NCBI RefSeq assembly: GCF_002105155.1
Contig: NW_019029004.1
Location: 248,001 to 312,000 of the forward strand
Length of the DNA stretch: 64,000 nucleotides
Direction of reading: 5' to 3'
Source of the DNA: Lobosporangium transversale
Lineage: Eukaryota
In this document: positions 27,694-40,400 of the stretch, in pieces
Position numbering within the stretch: position 1 is the stretch's first letter
Layout: each line of letters opens with the position of its first letter
Position numbers and translations under genes: made by a program
Notes under the pieces: generated by a model
The model's input: only the letters and a program-made list of their open reading frames with translations
Databases searched by the model: none
What the model was told of the DNA's origin: nothing

Positions 27694-30429
27694 ATGCTGT
27701 CAATATTCAGGCCAAGGCGGTTCCTACTGTGTGGTGTCCCCGTCACCTATGAACTCGCACTTCGTCTAGTTCTTCTCTGCATCACAGTTGGGCTGTTGAC
27801 TATTGCATCAATCCCCAAGGTGCGCTCCATTTTAGACCAAGTCAACGTGGTCTCTGTCAGTATGGTGAACACTTCTCGGATTCCTCCTCCGAACACTATC
27901 GTATGTGGTAGTCGATTAGAAACCGTCGATGTTGAGATGTACGACACCGGAATAGCCCATCCTAATGGTACTTTTGGACCTCCTACCGTCAAACCTGTTC
28001 CACCTGGTAAGTACTCATGCTACAGTAAAAAAGGCGCCACCCAATTGAGTTTCCTGAGGGGAAAAAAAAAAATAAAAAAAATAAAAAAAAAAAAAAACTA
28101 TAAACTATAAACTTTATTCTCCACAAGCGTACTTACTATTTTTATATTTTTTGTGGATTTGTAATTACAAAAGAAATGGTAGAGATCAGAAACGCAACTG
28201 AGCTTGATCTACGAGCTCAAGTTGATTGGCCCAAGGAAGGAAAATGCGTTCTTTTTCGGCCTCAAGGCCTTTACTTCGCAAGGCATAGCGAAGAAAACCC
28301 GGTAAGATAGGAGTGAATAGATATCTTTTTTGTGGCTCGATTATGTCAATGCATTCTTACTCATAATACTTTCTTTTCTATATTGGTCCTTTACAGCAAG
28401 CAATGAGTCGCATTATATTTGTGGTTCAAGCTAATGAAACCTTTACGGGAAATGACCCGCGTGGTCTTTCTATCGCTTTCTGGGTAAATAACCATCTGTC
28501 ATCCGCAATATTGTTTTATTATTTATAGGGATATATATCTATATACGATACATCTGCTGACTCACTAACTTCTTAACTTCAACTCTAGAACGACGATGAA
28601 ATTTTTCAAGAGAAAGAACCCATGTGGACTAACATTCGTAAGTATAGAAATATACCACGCCCTTCATAGGACTTATGCAAAGTGACCAATAGCTCATTTT
28701 GTCTTTGCAATATACTTTCTACACGCCTTTTTGGCACATCGTGTTTATTTCTTGATAGCTTCTATCAATACTCTTACATTCGTTTACACCGAGTATATCA
28801 AGCTAAACAAAAAAGACAAGCCCGAAACCCAATACACTCTTCAAAAGGTAAACGAAGGCTTTCTTTTTTGCGCACGTTTATAAAAAGAAGAGCGCCTTTT
28901 CTCTGCGAGCAATTTCCTAACATTTCATTTACATTAATAAATAGCAAAACCTCCTTCCCTCTTTCAAATTCAGTAACCGGGTTATTGGACGATTCATCAT
29001 CTCCCCAGATAACTTTGTTGTCACGAGATACATTGATAAAGCCAGTTATACATGGGTTGATCTTGCGGGTGCTGTTGGAGGGTATGCTTTTATTATTATT
29101 GAGCGGTTTGCTAGGTGCGAAGGGGGGTTTTTTTTTTTTACTTATATTGATACTGACTTGCGCGTTCTGCACGCGTCGCTTCTTCCATATCCCATTATTT
29201 CCCAATAATTTAGTATGGCCTCCATTGCTCTCGCCGTATGGATCTTTTTGTTTGGCAGCGGCAAGTATAAAAGCTGGGGTGTGATGCAACGATACATCTT
29301 GCGGACTTCTCCCAACTCACGCCACCACTACAAAAGAGATGAAATGCCCAAAAGCACTTACGAGACGGCTAAAGACTTTTTTAAGAAGCAGCTTTCAAAG
29401 ATGGATAGCAGTGCAGGCGCAGAGCTAGACAGTATGCCCTTACATGGGTCAACGATGCAGAACCCTCGACGCCTTTCTCAGCGTTACAGTACTATTATGA
29501 ACATGAATACAGCTGCAAATGCTGCTGTAGCTGTTGGGAGCTATGGCAATGGTAGTGGTAGAGGCAATGGTGGAACAGCATATACGGCGGTAAATAATGC
29601 CACACATTTGGGTATTGGTGATGATCTGGATCCTGGTATGCGCAGATACTCTATGGAATCCTCAGGACCTACCAATTATTACTTTACGGAACATGGAGCA
29701 CCAAGGACACAATCGCTGCAACCACTGGCGCCCATCAACGAAGATGAAGATGAAACAGAGGCGCAAGTGAGTGAATTAATTCGACTGATTGATTTGCGCA
29801 TAGATGAGCGCATGTGGAGCTTGGAGAGAACTCTAGCGAGGTATTATTTGGATGGATTTCGTCTTCGGGATTACTCCGTTCCACAGTATCACCTACAGTT
29901 GAATGAAGGACAGGTGCCTGGAGGAAATGGAGAACTTGCACCAAAGTATGAGCAAGGGCGTACTGATTCTGAAATGGAGGTCTTGCATAGCAGCAGCTGT
30001 AGCGACGATAGAAGCAACCAAGGTTTATACTCGCCATCATCCAGCCCATCATCTTCACCACCTATTCCTCCACGGCCTTCAATGGCACACAACTATCAAC
30101 GTTTTGGACAGACATCGTTGCCCACCGCTGTTTCAGACGCTGGTGCCCAGCCTAGGATCACAACAGTTGCGCCAAGCAAGGAAGAAGTCATTGCTATTGA
30201 AAATACATCACCATCATCCCACCCTAGCCAGAATGGCCGCAGAAATTTGGGAGAGTCTGAGCTTCCATTACGTAAAGACATGCGGGGTACGATCCGTAAA
30301 GCTGTGGAGCGGTTACAGAATGAGTGGCCTCAGAGTCGAGCTGCAATGCCAGTACCAGAGCCTTATGTCCCAAGGACACAATACCAAAGTAAAAGTGCCT
30401 CGAACAACAACAGTAGTAATAGTAATTAA
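27694..30429 (+). CDS. Uncharacterised two-TM membrane protein with long disordered C-tail; 7 exons
   Basis: GT-AG exons (27694-28006, 28174-28301, 28397-28483, about 28589-28637, about 28759-28847, about 28945-29081, 29214-30429) join in frame; TM1 LALRLVLLCITVGLLTIASI, TM2 WVDLAGAVGGMASIALAVWIFLFG. Confidence 0.8.
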
Positions 30430-30797
30430 TCATAATATCAGAAGTGAAAGAAACGGGGGAGATAGGATAGGAAGGAGCGATCTCGGCTACACTGGCATCT
30501 CTCCCAGGCACGAAATTCTAGGACAACTTAGAAATGTATATACTTGCTCACATCCCTTTGGGATCTCTCATTAAAAGTTAGATTGTTTTTCAAGCTAATG
30601 CTTTATGTTTATTATTATTATTATTTTTTTTCATTGCCATACATAAAAAGCTGGATCCATCGGCTGTCAAAAAGTAGTTTTGTTTTTTCTTTTCTGATAA
30701 TAACGAATATCCTCGAGATTGTGGGGACTATTAGTACTACTCTATTGATTGTTGTTCAATTGCAAGTAAAGTGGTTTCTATATACATATAATAATTA

Positions 30798-31110
30798 GTC
30801 TTGGCTACATCATCCACAGTGCATCCCTACTCATAACCCACGTCAACATGCGTGATCCCTACGGAGGCTGTGGCGAGAGATCCTGCTTCTTATTCGGCCT
30901 GTTGCGCGCGAAAGTCATCTTCTAACCGCAGTCCTTAACCATAGAAAAAAAATAAAATAAAATAAAAAAAAAAAAAAAAAAAAAAAAGACATTCTCCAAG
31001 TCGTTCCTTTCCAATTACTGTGCGCTAACTCTCTGTTTTACTCTTTGGCAAGCTACCATCCTAATCGATTTCACCTCAACTGCTCGTCATTTACCTCAGG
31101 GGGCAGATCC
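30798..31110 (-). mobile_element. Degenerate LINE 3' remnant, same family as 4108-4859
   Basis: ggcctgttgcgcgcgaaagtcatcttctaaccgcagtcct is nearly identical to 4333-4372; similarity continues to about 31110 against 4388-4515. Confidence 0.85.
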
Positions 31111-31359
31111 TCTCCACTCCTGACACTTTTTTTTTTTTTTTTTTTTTTATTCACAGAGACGTGCATATCTCTAGGGTGCACACACCACACCCATGGGTAT
31201 TTATTCATTTTCTAGTAGAGGGCCTTATACCAGGTAACGACGTATCTATCTATAAGATGGCAAAGGTTCGTTCTAAAAACTTCATATATATCAAAGATTT
31301 ATCGCGTCTATGTGTGGCGCGTTATTGCCACTAATTTCTATTACTAATCTTTACTTTAA

Positions 31360-31816
31360 TTTTTTTCTAGCTAGGCCATCATAATATTGTATACTGTGAA
31401 ATATGCAACAGAGCGCGATGAGTATCGCAGCTCCCACGGCGCTGCCACTTCCAACAGTAATAATTCCAGACTCCTCCCTACTCTAGACTCACCTCCGCTT
31501 ATTAATATAAAGCTAGAATCATGTAGTCTGTAGGATACACGTTACTGCTTGTAGATGAAATAGAGGCTCCGTGCAAATAACTTCATCCTTTTTTTCTAGC
31601 TAGGCCATCATAAAATTGCAACAGAGCGTGATGAGTATCGCAGCTCCCAGGGCGCTGCAACTTCCAACAGTAATAATTCCAGACTCCCCCCTTCACTCTA
31701 GACTCATCTTCGCATATTTCCTTCGAAATAAAAAGCTAGAATCATGTAATCTGAAGATACACGTCGCCGCTTGTAGATGAAGGTGAAATAAGGACCCCGT
31801 GCAAATAACTTCATCC
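31360..31816. repeat. Two diverged tandem copies of a 228-bp unit (31360-31588, 31589-31816)
   Basis: Both begin ttttttctagctaggccatcataa and end ccgtgcaaataacttcatcc, with colinear interiors. Confidence 0.92.
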
Positions 31817-31859
31817 AAAAAAAAAAGTAACGAGAACACACCCGAAATTTAAAAACATA

Positions 31860-31942
31860 TCCGAAAACCCGGATTTGAACCAGGGACCTAGAGATGACAG
31901 ACAAACTACAGTCTCCCGCTCTACCAACTGAGCTATTTTCGG
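31860..31942 (-). tRNA. tRNA-Tyr (GTA) with 10-nt intron
   Basis: CCGAAAA/TTTTCGG acceptor, GCTC-AGTTGGTA-GAGC D arm, GGAGA-CT-GTA-G-[tttgtctgtc]-A-TCTCT, CCTGG-TTCAAAT-CCGGG. Confidence 0.96.
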
Positions 31943-32059
31943 AAGTCTTGATATTGTGATCACAGACAAATATAATATTTACAACTGTGAAGCCCTTAAC
32001 CGCTTACTTGCGTGCTTCAAGTAATTTATACTGTTTGAATCTGAAGATCACGTGTAGTT

Positions 32060-32142
32060 CCGAAAATAGCTCAGTTGGTAGAGCGGGAGACTGTAGTTTG
32101 TCTGTCATCTCTAGGTCCCTGGTTCAAATCCGGGTTTTCGGA
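32060..32142 (+). tRNA. tRNA-Tyr (GTA) with 10-nt intron
   Basis: Identical to the minus-strand copy including the intron; T-rich terminator follows. Confidence 0.96.
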
Positions 32143-32217
32143 TAATCTTTTCTTCTTTTGGACGAGTGGAGTTATTTGCATGGAAGCTCCTTATTAATTT
32201 TTTTTTTTGGATTAATC

Positions 32218-32665
32218 TATTTGGCAACCTAGCTGCCAAATATGATCAGTTTTGAAAACTCTCCTTGGTAGCCCAGCTGCCAAATAACACCCTCATAAAA
32301 AAAGCATTTGTATGGTCTCGTACACACTGCTCCTCCTGTGGAAATAAAAAGAATAAATTATAACGGGGTGTTTCTTTATGGACATGTTGATACCTTGGTG
32401 CTGTAAGCAAAGTCACTCATTTCAAACCCAATAGTTGTCACTCCATCCGAAGCCGCTACCAGGCATCGAAGCGCAACTTATTCATATGGGTTTTACTCTT
32501 TCTGACAAACACTAATATTCGTAATTATATGGTGAGTGCAACAAGGCGTAGTGTGCGGCCGATCAACCGTTTCAAATTAGTTTTGCAAAACACTATTTGG
32601 CAGCCCAGCTGCCATCTAAGTGTATGAAAGTTAGGTGGCTGCCCCAAAAAATAGGCTGCCAAATA
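32218..32665. mobile_element. Putative MITE with 14-bp terminal inverted repeats
   Basis: tatttggcaaccta at 32218 versus taggctgccaaata ending at 32665 (1 mismatch); internal palindromic copies of TTGGCAGCCCAGCTGCCA; no clear TSD. Confidence 0.5.
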
Positions 32666-35091
32666 AAAAAAAACTGCGAATACTGCGACAGTAAATACAA
32701 AGTGAGTGAGTCGGCCATTGCCGGCGACTATACTTGCGAAAATCGAGCCCGAGGTCGATGTGGTTTTTTTCCATAAGTCATAGGACTGAGAAGGTGTAGC
32801 AGGGGTCTGTCGTACTCCTTCATGATCAATCATGATTGTGCAGTTGCCTATTGATGCAGAACTCAGAAGTTGTATGTAGAGACTATCTTTGTGTAAATTG
32901 ATGAAGTATTCATTCCAAAGCAGTGGTTTCAGGAATGGTGGTATAATCAAGGAGGAAAAGAAGATTGGATCAGAACCTTTCTTGACTGTCCCCCACATGT
33001 CGCGCAGCGAGCCAGGCGGATACTCAGCGAATTGACGCAAACTTTCAAGAGACAGTTCGTAGGTTGTTCGTTCTTAATATACCCACAGGCAACGCTGACA
33101 AACAGAAAAGAGACGCTTTGGGGAGATTACTAGGATGGCTAAAGCATCGGTAAACGGTACAAAAAACGATCTAGCTTTCTTTCGTACTGTAATGAAGACA
33201 TACAAGAGGGCAGTCCAGCAAAAGCGGAAAACAAATGAGTCACGATGATGGGCCCTTTGGCAATATAAAAGGCCCACATGTCACTAATGCCAAGAGGGCA
33301 GTCTAAGTGACGTGGGATCAAGAGTAATATGGGGTATCCATCGTCAGCCTCGAAAAGACTCTGGGCAGAATAAGACGCGATGAGTTCTTACCATAGGATC
33401 TTTAAAAAGAAAAAGAAACATTTCATGACAAGAAAACAATGTTACGGTAGAGGTGACTAAAAAAAGTAAAGGCAAATTAGAAGGACAATCCTACGATACG
33501 ATATGTTTTGCGCTAATGTGGTCTTTCAGCAAATAGCAAAGAGCATTGAAGCAGTGATATCCTACCATGCCATGTTCTCTCCTTTTTTGTGCTCATTGTC
33601 GCAGTCGATGCTTTCAGGCACAAAAACGGATTTTTAGTGGGAATCGCAAATAAAAAAAATAAAAATAAAAATAAAAAAAAAAAAATCGCAATGTGGTGAA
33701 AGCAGCTTCATGGGGGTCGAGTTGCTTACCGAGATCAAGGCAATTTGTCCTAAAAAACAAATGGAAATAGACCCTTTCATACATTAAAATAAGCCGCAGT
33801 AGAGAACTCTTTAATTTTATTAGTTGAGGAAAGCCTTTTTTTTTTTTTTTTTTTTTGATGACAAGGAAAAAAAAAATGAAAGCCTTGGTTGTTTCTTGTC
33901 AGGCAGGACTTTGTTCACATGGGTACTTGCACAGCATCTACCAGAGTCAATAGAACGGCGTGAATTTATGACAAATGATGACATCAAAGGCGACGATGGT
34001 CATGTCAGTTCACAGGCAACAGAAGCCACCAATCCTTGATGGTTGCCACTCCACATTTGACAAAAAGTGAAGCGAGGAATAGATTGTTGTAGATTCTGTA
34101 AATTGGGTTTTTTTCATTTTCTTTGTAACCTTATTTCGACCATGCCATGTTATAAATGGATGATAAATAGATCAGCATTGCCCAAATCATTTTCAGAGTT
34201 TAAAAAAAAAGAAATTGGTTAGCGCACAGGAAAGGTAGAAAAGAGTTGTTGTCGCTGTACACTAGTCCCCAGTTCCCGTATTCAACTTGCAGTCGTCCGC
34301 TGAAGACAGCTGTGCTATCAAAGCAGAAAGAATGAGCGTTGATGGTCTGGTTGTAACTGAAAGTGTATGTGTGTGCTGTGAGAGAGCAAATGAAAGGGTT
34401 CCTTGTTTGACAAGTCAGTCACACGTTTTTTTTGTATAAATATCTCTCTTTTTCACACACATACACACTCAACTCTCTTTTCTTTTTACATTTCATTTGT
34501 TAAAGAATATTCACATAAATACTCTCTATTCATATCTCTTTATTACTCATTATTTTTATTTCTTGAATCGTTTTCAATTGAATAAACAGCAACCTGCATA
34601 CTGCGCCATTCATTACCTATAGTCATTCTCTTTTATTATTTTTTTTTTTTTTAAAAAAAAGTTCTTGTCTCCGTAATCAGTTCATCCTTTAATAGCACCC
34701 ACTCATCAGCACGACTCAGCAGCGAGTCAAGTATCGATCCACAAATATAAGGTACAACTGCATGTAATAAGCATAACAACAGCATTTCCGGGATGTGATG
34801 TCACCAACTTTGCCACCAGTTTACATCATTGTGCAGTTTTTTTTTTTTTTTTTTTTTCTTTTTTTTTTCTTTCATATGTTACCGAGACAAAATATTTGGA
34901 AGCATCAAGACGCGTGTCATTAAAAACAAAAATAAAAAAAATCAAACTTTTGTTTAGTTCTTTTGGCACTTCCATAGCATCTGTCGCCTCTATCAAAAGG
35001 GTCGTTATTGACCTATTGACCTATTGTTTGGATTTATATTTATCACAAGGCTCATACTCCTGCAACACACTATATCAGAACAGCTGTAGCA

Positions 35092-37064
35092 ATGAGCGGC
35101 GAGGGCCTTATTCTGGCTGAGGGAGCCAAGACTCCACCACGTAAAACTAAAACCAAATCACACAGTAAGTTCTTTTACATCTTTTTATTTCCTTTCATGA
35201 TGTTCATAATAGAAAATGTATCGTTCGATACCATTTAGTTATCCAGTATTTCAATGCTCATCCATAGAGTGCTCATCTTTTTTATTTATTAATTCTCTTT
35301 TCGGTGATTATTAAAATGGCTTGGGCATAGATGCACCCGATTCTGCTGGCACTCCAGTCCAACAGCGTCGCAGTGATAGAATTCGTAAGAAAATGGCCGA
35401 AATTGTTAAAGATGGTAAGTATTTTATTTATATATATATATACACTGAAAAAATCACGATAAAAAAAAATCTGACATTGATGTTTTTTTTTTTTTTTTTT
35501 TTTTTGGTAAAGCGGGAGAGACAATCACAACCCCACGAGGATCTTACATTCACTCCAAGTTCCCATCACATATGGAATTCCTCGGTAACTCTGCATCTCC
35601 GAGACGAGTTGAATTGGACCAATTCAAGAGAAGGCTTCAGTTTAAGAGCGGTGCGCGGAGCAATCTAATGCTGACAGACGCATATAAGAACTTTGCAAGG
35701 GATGTTAAAGTTAAGGAGTTTCAGGAGGATCAGCGAGACAAACGTAATAATGCCCATTTGAAAAGCCGTGGTTGTAAGTTATCTATTTTTTTTTTTTTTT
35801 TTTTTTGGTGAGTGGAGGATAAGTGGGCATTAACTGTATATTTAATCTCATTTTGTTAATGATAATAATATTATTCCAAAAGTGTCCTTGGCTGCTGTCT
35901 CCAAAACCCGTCAAACCAGCGTAACCGCAGCACAAAAGGAAGGCGAGCCACCCAAGGTACAATTTGTTCCGCGCCATAATTTGCGACCACGTGTGAAACA
36001 GGTTTCTCTAGAAGAGTCGAATTCAGACGTTGTTTTGCATGACGGTACCCTACCCAAAACCACCCTGGAAAGACGCAGGAAACAATATAAACAAATCAAG
36101 TCCCATACAGCCTTAAATTTTACGAGTTGGAAAGAGCGGGACGAACAATGGAGAGCCAAAAGATTGGCGAGCTATCAATCTTCATCCAAGACTGCCAGAG
36201 AGACCGTCCTGTTCAAGAAACGGAATTGTAAGCAGCTTTAAAAGACGCAAATAACATAGGAAGTTGGATATTTTCAAACTGGAGAATTGATTATTCTAAC
36301 CATCTATTTTAAATTTAGTGAACATTTGCGGTTGGGGAAATCCACAAAAAAACCTTGGCAATTATCTTAGTATTTGTTGGGATTATAATTCAGACCTAGA
36401 TGCAGACAAAGATCAGACACTCCCAGAACGTGTTCCATGCATTCTTCAACGTACCAATACAGCAGGAGCAGTTATTGAATCCGGCATGATTTATCATCCG
36501 CAGATTATTGTCAACGAAGAAAAGGATCACTTGAACGGATACTGTTTCACAATCCAGTCAGAACTTGCCTTGAAATTTGAATCAGCACAGCGAGTCTTGT
36601 TTCAACAGGCGAGCGATCTCATCCAAGCCTCCTTCTTTCAATACAATATGGACCTGTCTTTGGATTCAAGTCTTGATGATGGATTTACCGTTGATATTTT
36701 TGTGTCGTCGGCTCCTTCCCAGAATTTAGGTGACATCACAGTCCGAGGGGTGACGCAGTTCATCTTTATGAAGTCGTACATTTATGTCGACAAGATTTGT
36801 GTGGCACAGAAGTATCATAAAATGGGAATCGGGGCTTTTATGATGGAAAGGATCTACAAAATCGCCCGAAAGCGGAACAAGGACATTCTTTTGTACGCAC
36901 TTGGCCCTGTTATAGGTGCATACAAGAAATGGGGTTTCGAATATTGTAAAGAGTGGCCGCCGATCCCCAAGGACATTGGCGTGATCATGCGGAAGCGTAT
37001 TCGCACGGAAGGAGTTAAAGACGAATATGTCGGCTTGGAGTGGGATGGTACAGGATTCTCTTAA
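35092..37064 (+). CDS. GNAT-family acetyltransferase with basic disordered N-terminus; 5 coding exons
   Basis: Last exon has IYVDKICVAQKYHKMGIGAFMM (acetyl-CoA motif A) and AYKKWGF; upstream exons splice in frame; start codon inferred. Confidence 0.8.
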
Positions 37065-37499
37065 GTCACAGCGGTCCGGGCCAACGATACCCATCTTTTA
37101 TTATAGCCCTTGTTTTTTGTCTTGTTTTCGCCATGTATTGCTTATTTGTTTATTTGCTTATTTTTGCTTTGTATCATTATCATTATCATCATTATCATCA
37201 TCATTATCAATGGCATTAATTACTCAGTGTATTCTAATAAAATTTGCGGGGCAAGACCGATTTTTTTTAAAGTGGCTGTGCGTTCTTTTTTTGCAATGAT
37301 TTCTGAGTACGTCGAGCTAGGCCCTCAACACCCTTTTATTTTATTTTATTTTTTTGTATTAAAAAAAAAAAAAAAAAAAGCTTCTTTCAACATCAACAGC
37401 ACTCATAGTTGACTCAGCACTTATTTACACTTCATCTAATCCATTGTTTAGTTTCATTCAAGTCATTGAGAGGGAATCCACTGATCTTACGGATGAGGC

Positions 37500-40400
37500 A
37501 TGTCCATGAACACACAGAGAATGGAAAAAGACGCTTCTGATAAACTAGTCCATGGGACCAGTATTGATTACCAGGAACGTAGGAAGCGTCTGCGACTATT
37601 ACCACCAAGTCCACCTGCTGCACTTAATCCATTTAATGCACCGACTGTGAATGCTCTAGAAGGGATGTTTGAGCGCGTCATGACTATCGCGAACGCGTCT
37701 ACTCAGCCCTTATCGTCGTCTTTATCGTCATCCTTGGGTAGTAATAATAGGAGTGATGGTAGTAAAAGGCTTTTATCAAAGAACAATGAGGAGAAAAGCA
37801 GTAATATACCACAAGAACAAGATACTATTGCCTCATCGCATCCACAGCTAAAGTATCAAAAACCAGCCACGGCCACAACTTACACTGATGATCATCACAA
37901 GCGCATTCCACCCTTCTCGATATGGCCACTGATCTCCAAAGCAGCAATAGCAAAAACAGCATCTGAGTCTGCAGCATCAGTCAATTATCGATACATGTTG
38001 CCCCCCTCTGACGTCAATGTGCCGGTAGCAACAACAGGGAGTAACTCAGAGACTCATCAGCAAAACTCTAGGGCACCTGCTCTAATTGCTCAGCAGCAGG
38101 TCTCAGCCTCAATAGTATTTGCTCAACCTTCCGATCCATTTGGCAAAGAAATGCAAACTGGAGGTAATTTATTCTTAAAGTTGACTTGTTTTGAAAAATC
38201 GTCAATAAGCAATTTCGAGATACTTGACGCTCATTCCTTTTTTGTTCTTTAAAACTCAGCAGTGAACAATGAATCTGAGAGTGATGATGATGTCGTGGAG
38301 CTTTTGTCATCAGATGATGAAGAAAATGTCGTAGAGGAGGCTGAAGAGGAATTTGAAGTAGAGGACGACGATGGCGAGGAATTTACAATAGAAGGCGACG
38401 ATCAAGAAGAAGATGATGGAGAAGACGGAGAGGAGAGCAATGAAGATCAATATGATGAAGAGGAAGAGGAAGAGGAAGAGGAAGATAAGGGGGAACAAAA
38501 CAATTTTGATACAGGTAACACCATTAGAGGTGGATATCCCTATCGTTCTGTAACAGCAGCAACAGCTGGTATCGTATCGTTAGCTGATAGTGATGAAGAG
38601 CAAGACTATAAAGACGACAAGGAAGAGCGAGCTTTAGCTCAGCCATCACATGAGACCAGTTATTTCGAAAATGCAGAGCAGAATCGCGATGATGATGACG
38701 ATGATGATGAAGAGCGGCAGGGAGATGAAGATAGGGAAGAAGAAATTGATGAAAATGAAGAGGATGGTGATCAGGAGGAATGCAAAGAGGTACGGAGAGA
38801 GTATACACGAAGCCGTTGGCAGGAACAAGGGCGAGGCGCGGGATTCTCCAGTCAAGAAGATGATGAATTACAAGAGCAGTACCAGGACGATGAAGCCGTT
38901 CAAGGAATTGATACAGATGTGTGCATAGAATACGAAGGTGAAGATGCAGGTGAAGGCGAGGATGAAGATGAAGGTGAAGATGAAGGTGAAGATGAAGGTG
39001 AAGATGAAGGTGAAGATGAGGGTGAAGATGAAAGTGAAGAAGAAGACGAGGAGGGTGAGGGCACTCAGAATCAAATTTTTGGAGCTGTGCCAAGATCATT
39101 GGAGCCGTTGACAGACTATCATTCACCTGATGACTACGAATCACCATCAGCTTCTCCCGAGCCTGCTAGCGATGGTGTCGTGCTTGTACTGGAGAGCGAG
39201 GATGATGGTACAAAGGATCGGCCTGGACTCGAGCATTCAACTGATGACGAAGATGAGGGGCAGCACGATGGAGGAGTTGAAAGTGTTCAAGAGGAGGGTG
39301 ACTATGAGCCACAAGGCGATGAAGTTGTGGAAGAACATGACGACCACGCTATTGAGCTTGATCCTGGGGTGCATAAAGGAGACAACGAAGGCAATTCCTT
39401 ACAATATGGCAGACTCCCTGAGGAGCATTTTAATGAGCTTATGGATGAAGATCAGCATAGCAAATCTATAGAGCCTATTTCTTCGGACCCTGTGCTGGAG
39501 GATGCAAAAGCCGATGCTGCCATAAGCTACGGGCTTGAACAAATTGCTAGTAATGTTGAAAGGTCTGTGGTCTTCGAAAAAGCCGTAGTTGCTCAAGAAA
39601 GTGTGATGGAAGTAGAAATGTCCAGCATAGCAGGATCTTCTCGAGACCAGGCAGATGGAAATAATGATTTGCAGAACTCACAGTTTCAGGATCTCCATGT
39701 CTCTCCGCTACTCCCAAGCTTTATCGCTGAGGACATTGTAGGGACCGAAGTGGACCTCATCCCGGTGCCCATAGACATAGCCTTGCCTTTGGTGGATATT
39801 GGCCCTTCAATATCTACTAAGGAATTGCATATTTCTGCAGATGTTATGCCGGATGAACCGTCGCAAGGTTCCGCAGCCAATACCACTATGACAAACACAC
39901 CTCCAACTCAACATGCTACGGACATTCAAGAGCCAGAAACCATCGCGTTAGGCTCCATGTCAGCGTCGGGATCCAATGAGCAGGGCGTTCAGCAAGGTAT
40001 TCCAAAAACGCCAGCACAGGAATCTGCACCATCACCAATAAGGTCTGAATCTGGACACGGTGGATCCTTACTTGACCAATTACGAGCGGTTGCTCGTGAA
40101 GAAAGGATTTCATTGCCACAAGAAGATGATCAACCGCATGATATAGCAGATGATGGTATCCTCCCTCAGGCATTTCCTCTTCTATCCGGGAGTATAGGTC
40201 AGTTTAGCAAAGCAGGATCACCCCTACATCTCTCATCAACTACAGAGGTAGGAGAAGAAGCGATAACAGTAGCTGAGGAAAACGATTCTGTTTCGCTCTC
40301 ACCGACTCTACCCCGTCGTACAAGACCAGTAAGACAGAGCACGATTGCACAAACAGTTCGTGAAGGCAAGGCATTTCTGGACAAGGCCGAGGCACGGCAG

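Noticed and set aside
31620..31760. C/D snoRNA in the tandem unit (GTGATGA...CTGA)
   Set aside because: Neither box is preserved in the other tandem copy.
32525..33400. ORFs of 60-171 aa downstream of tRNA-Tyr
   Set aside because: Composition hints at a decayed gene, but I found no recognisable motif or consistent exon chain.
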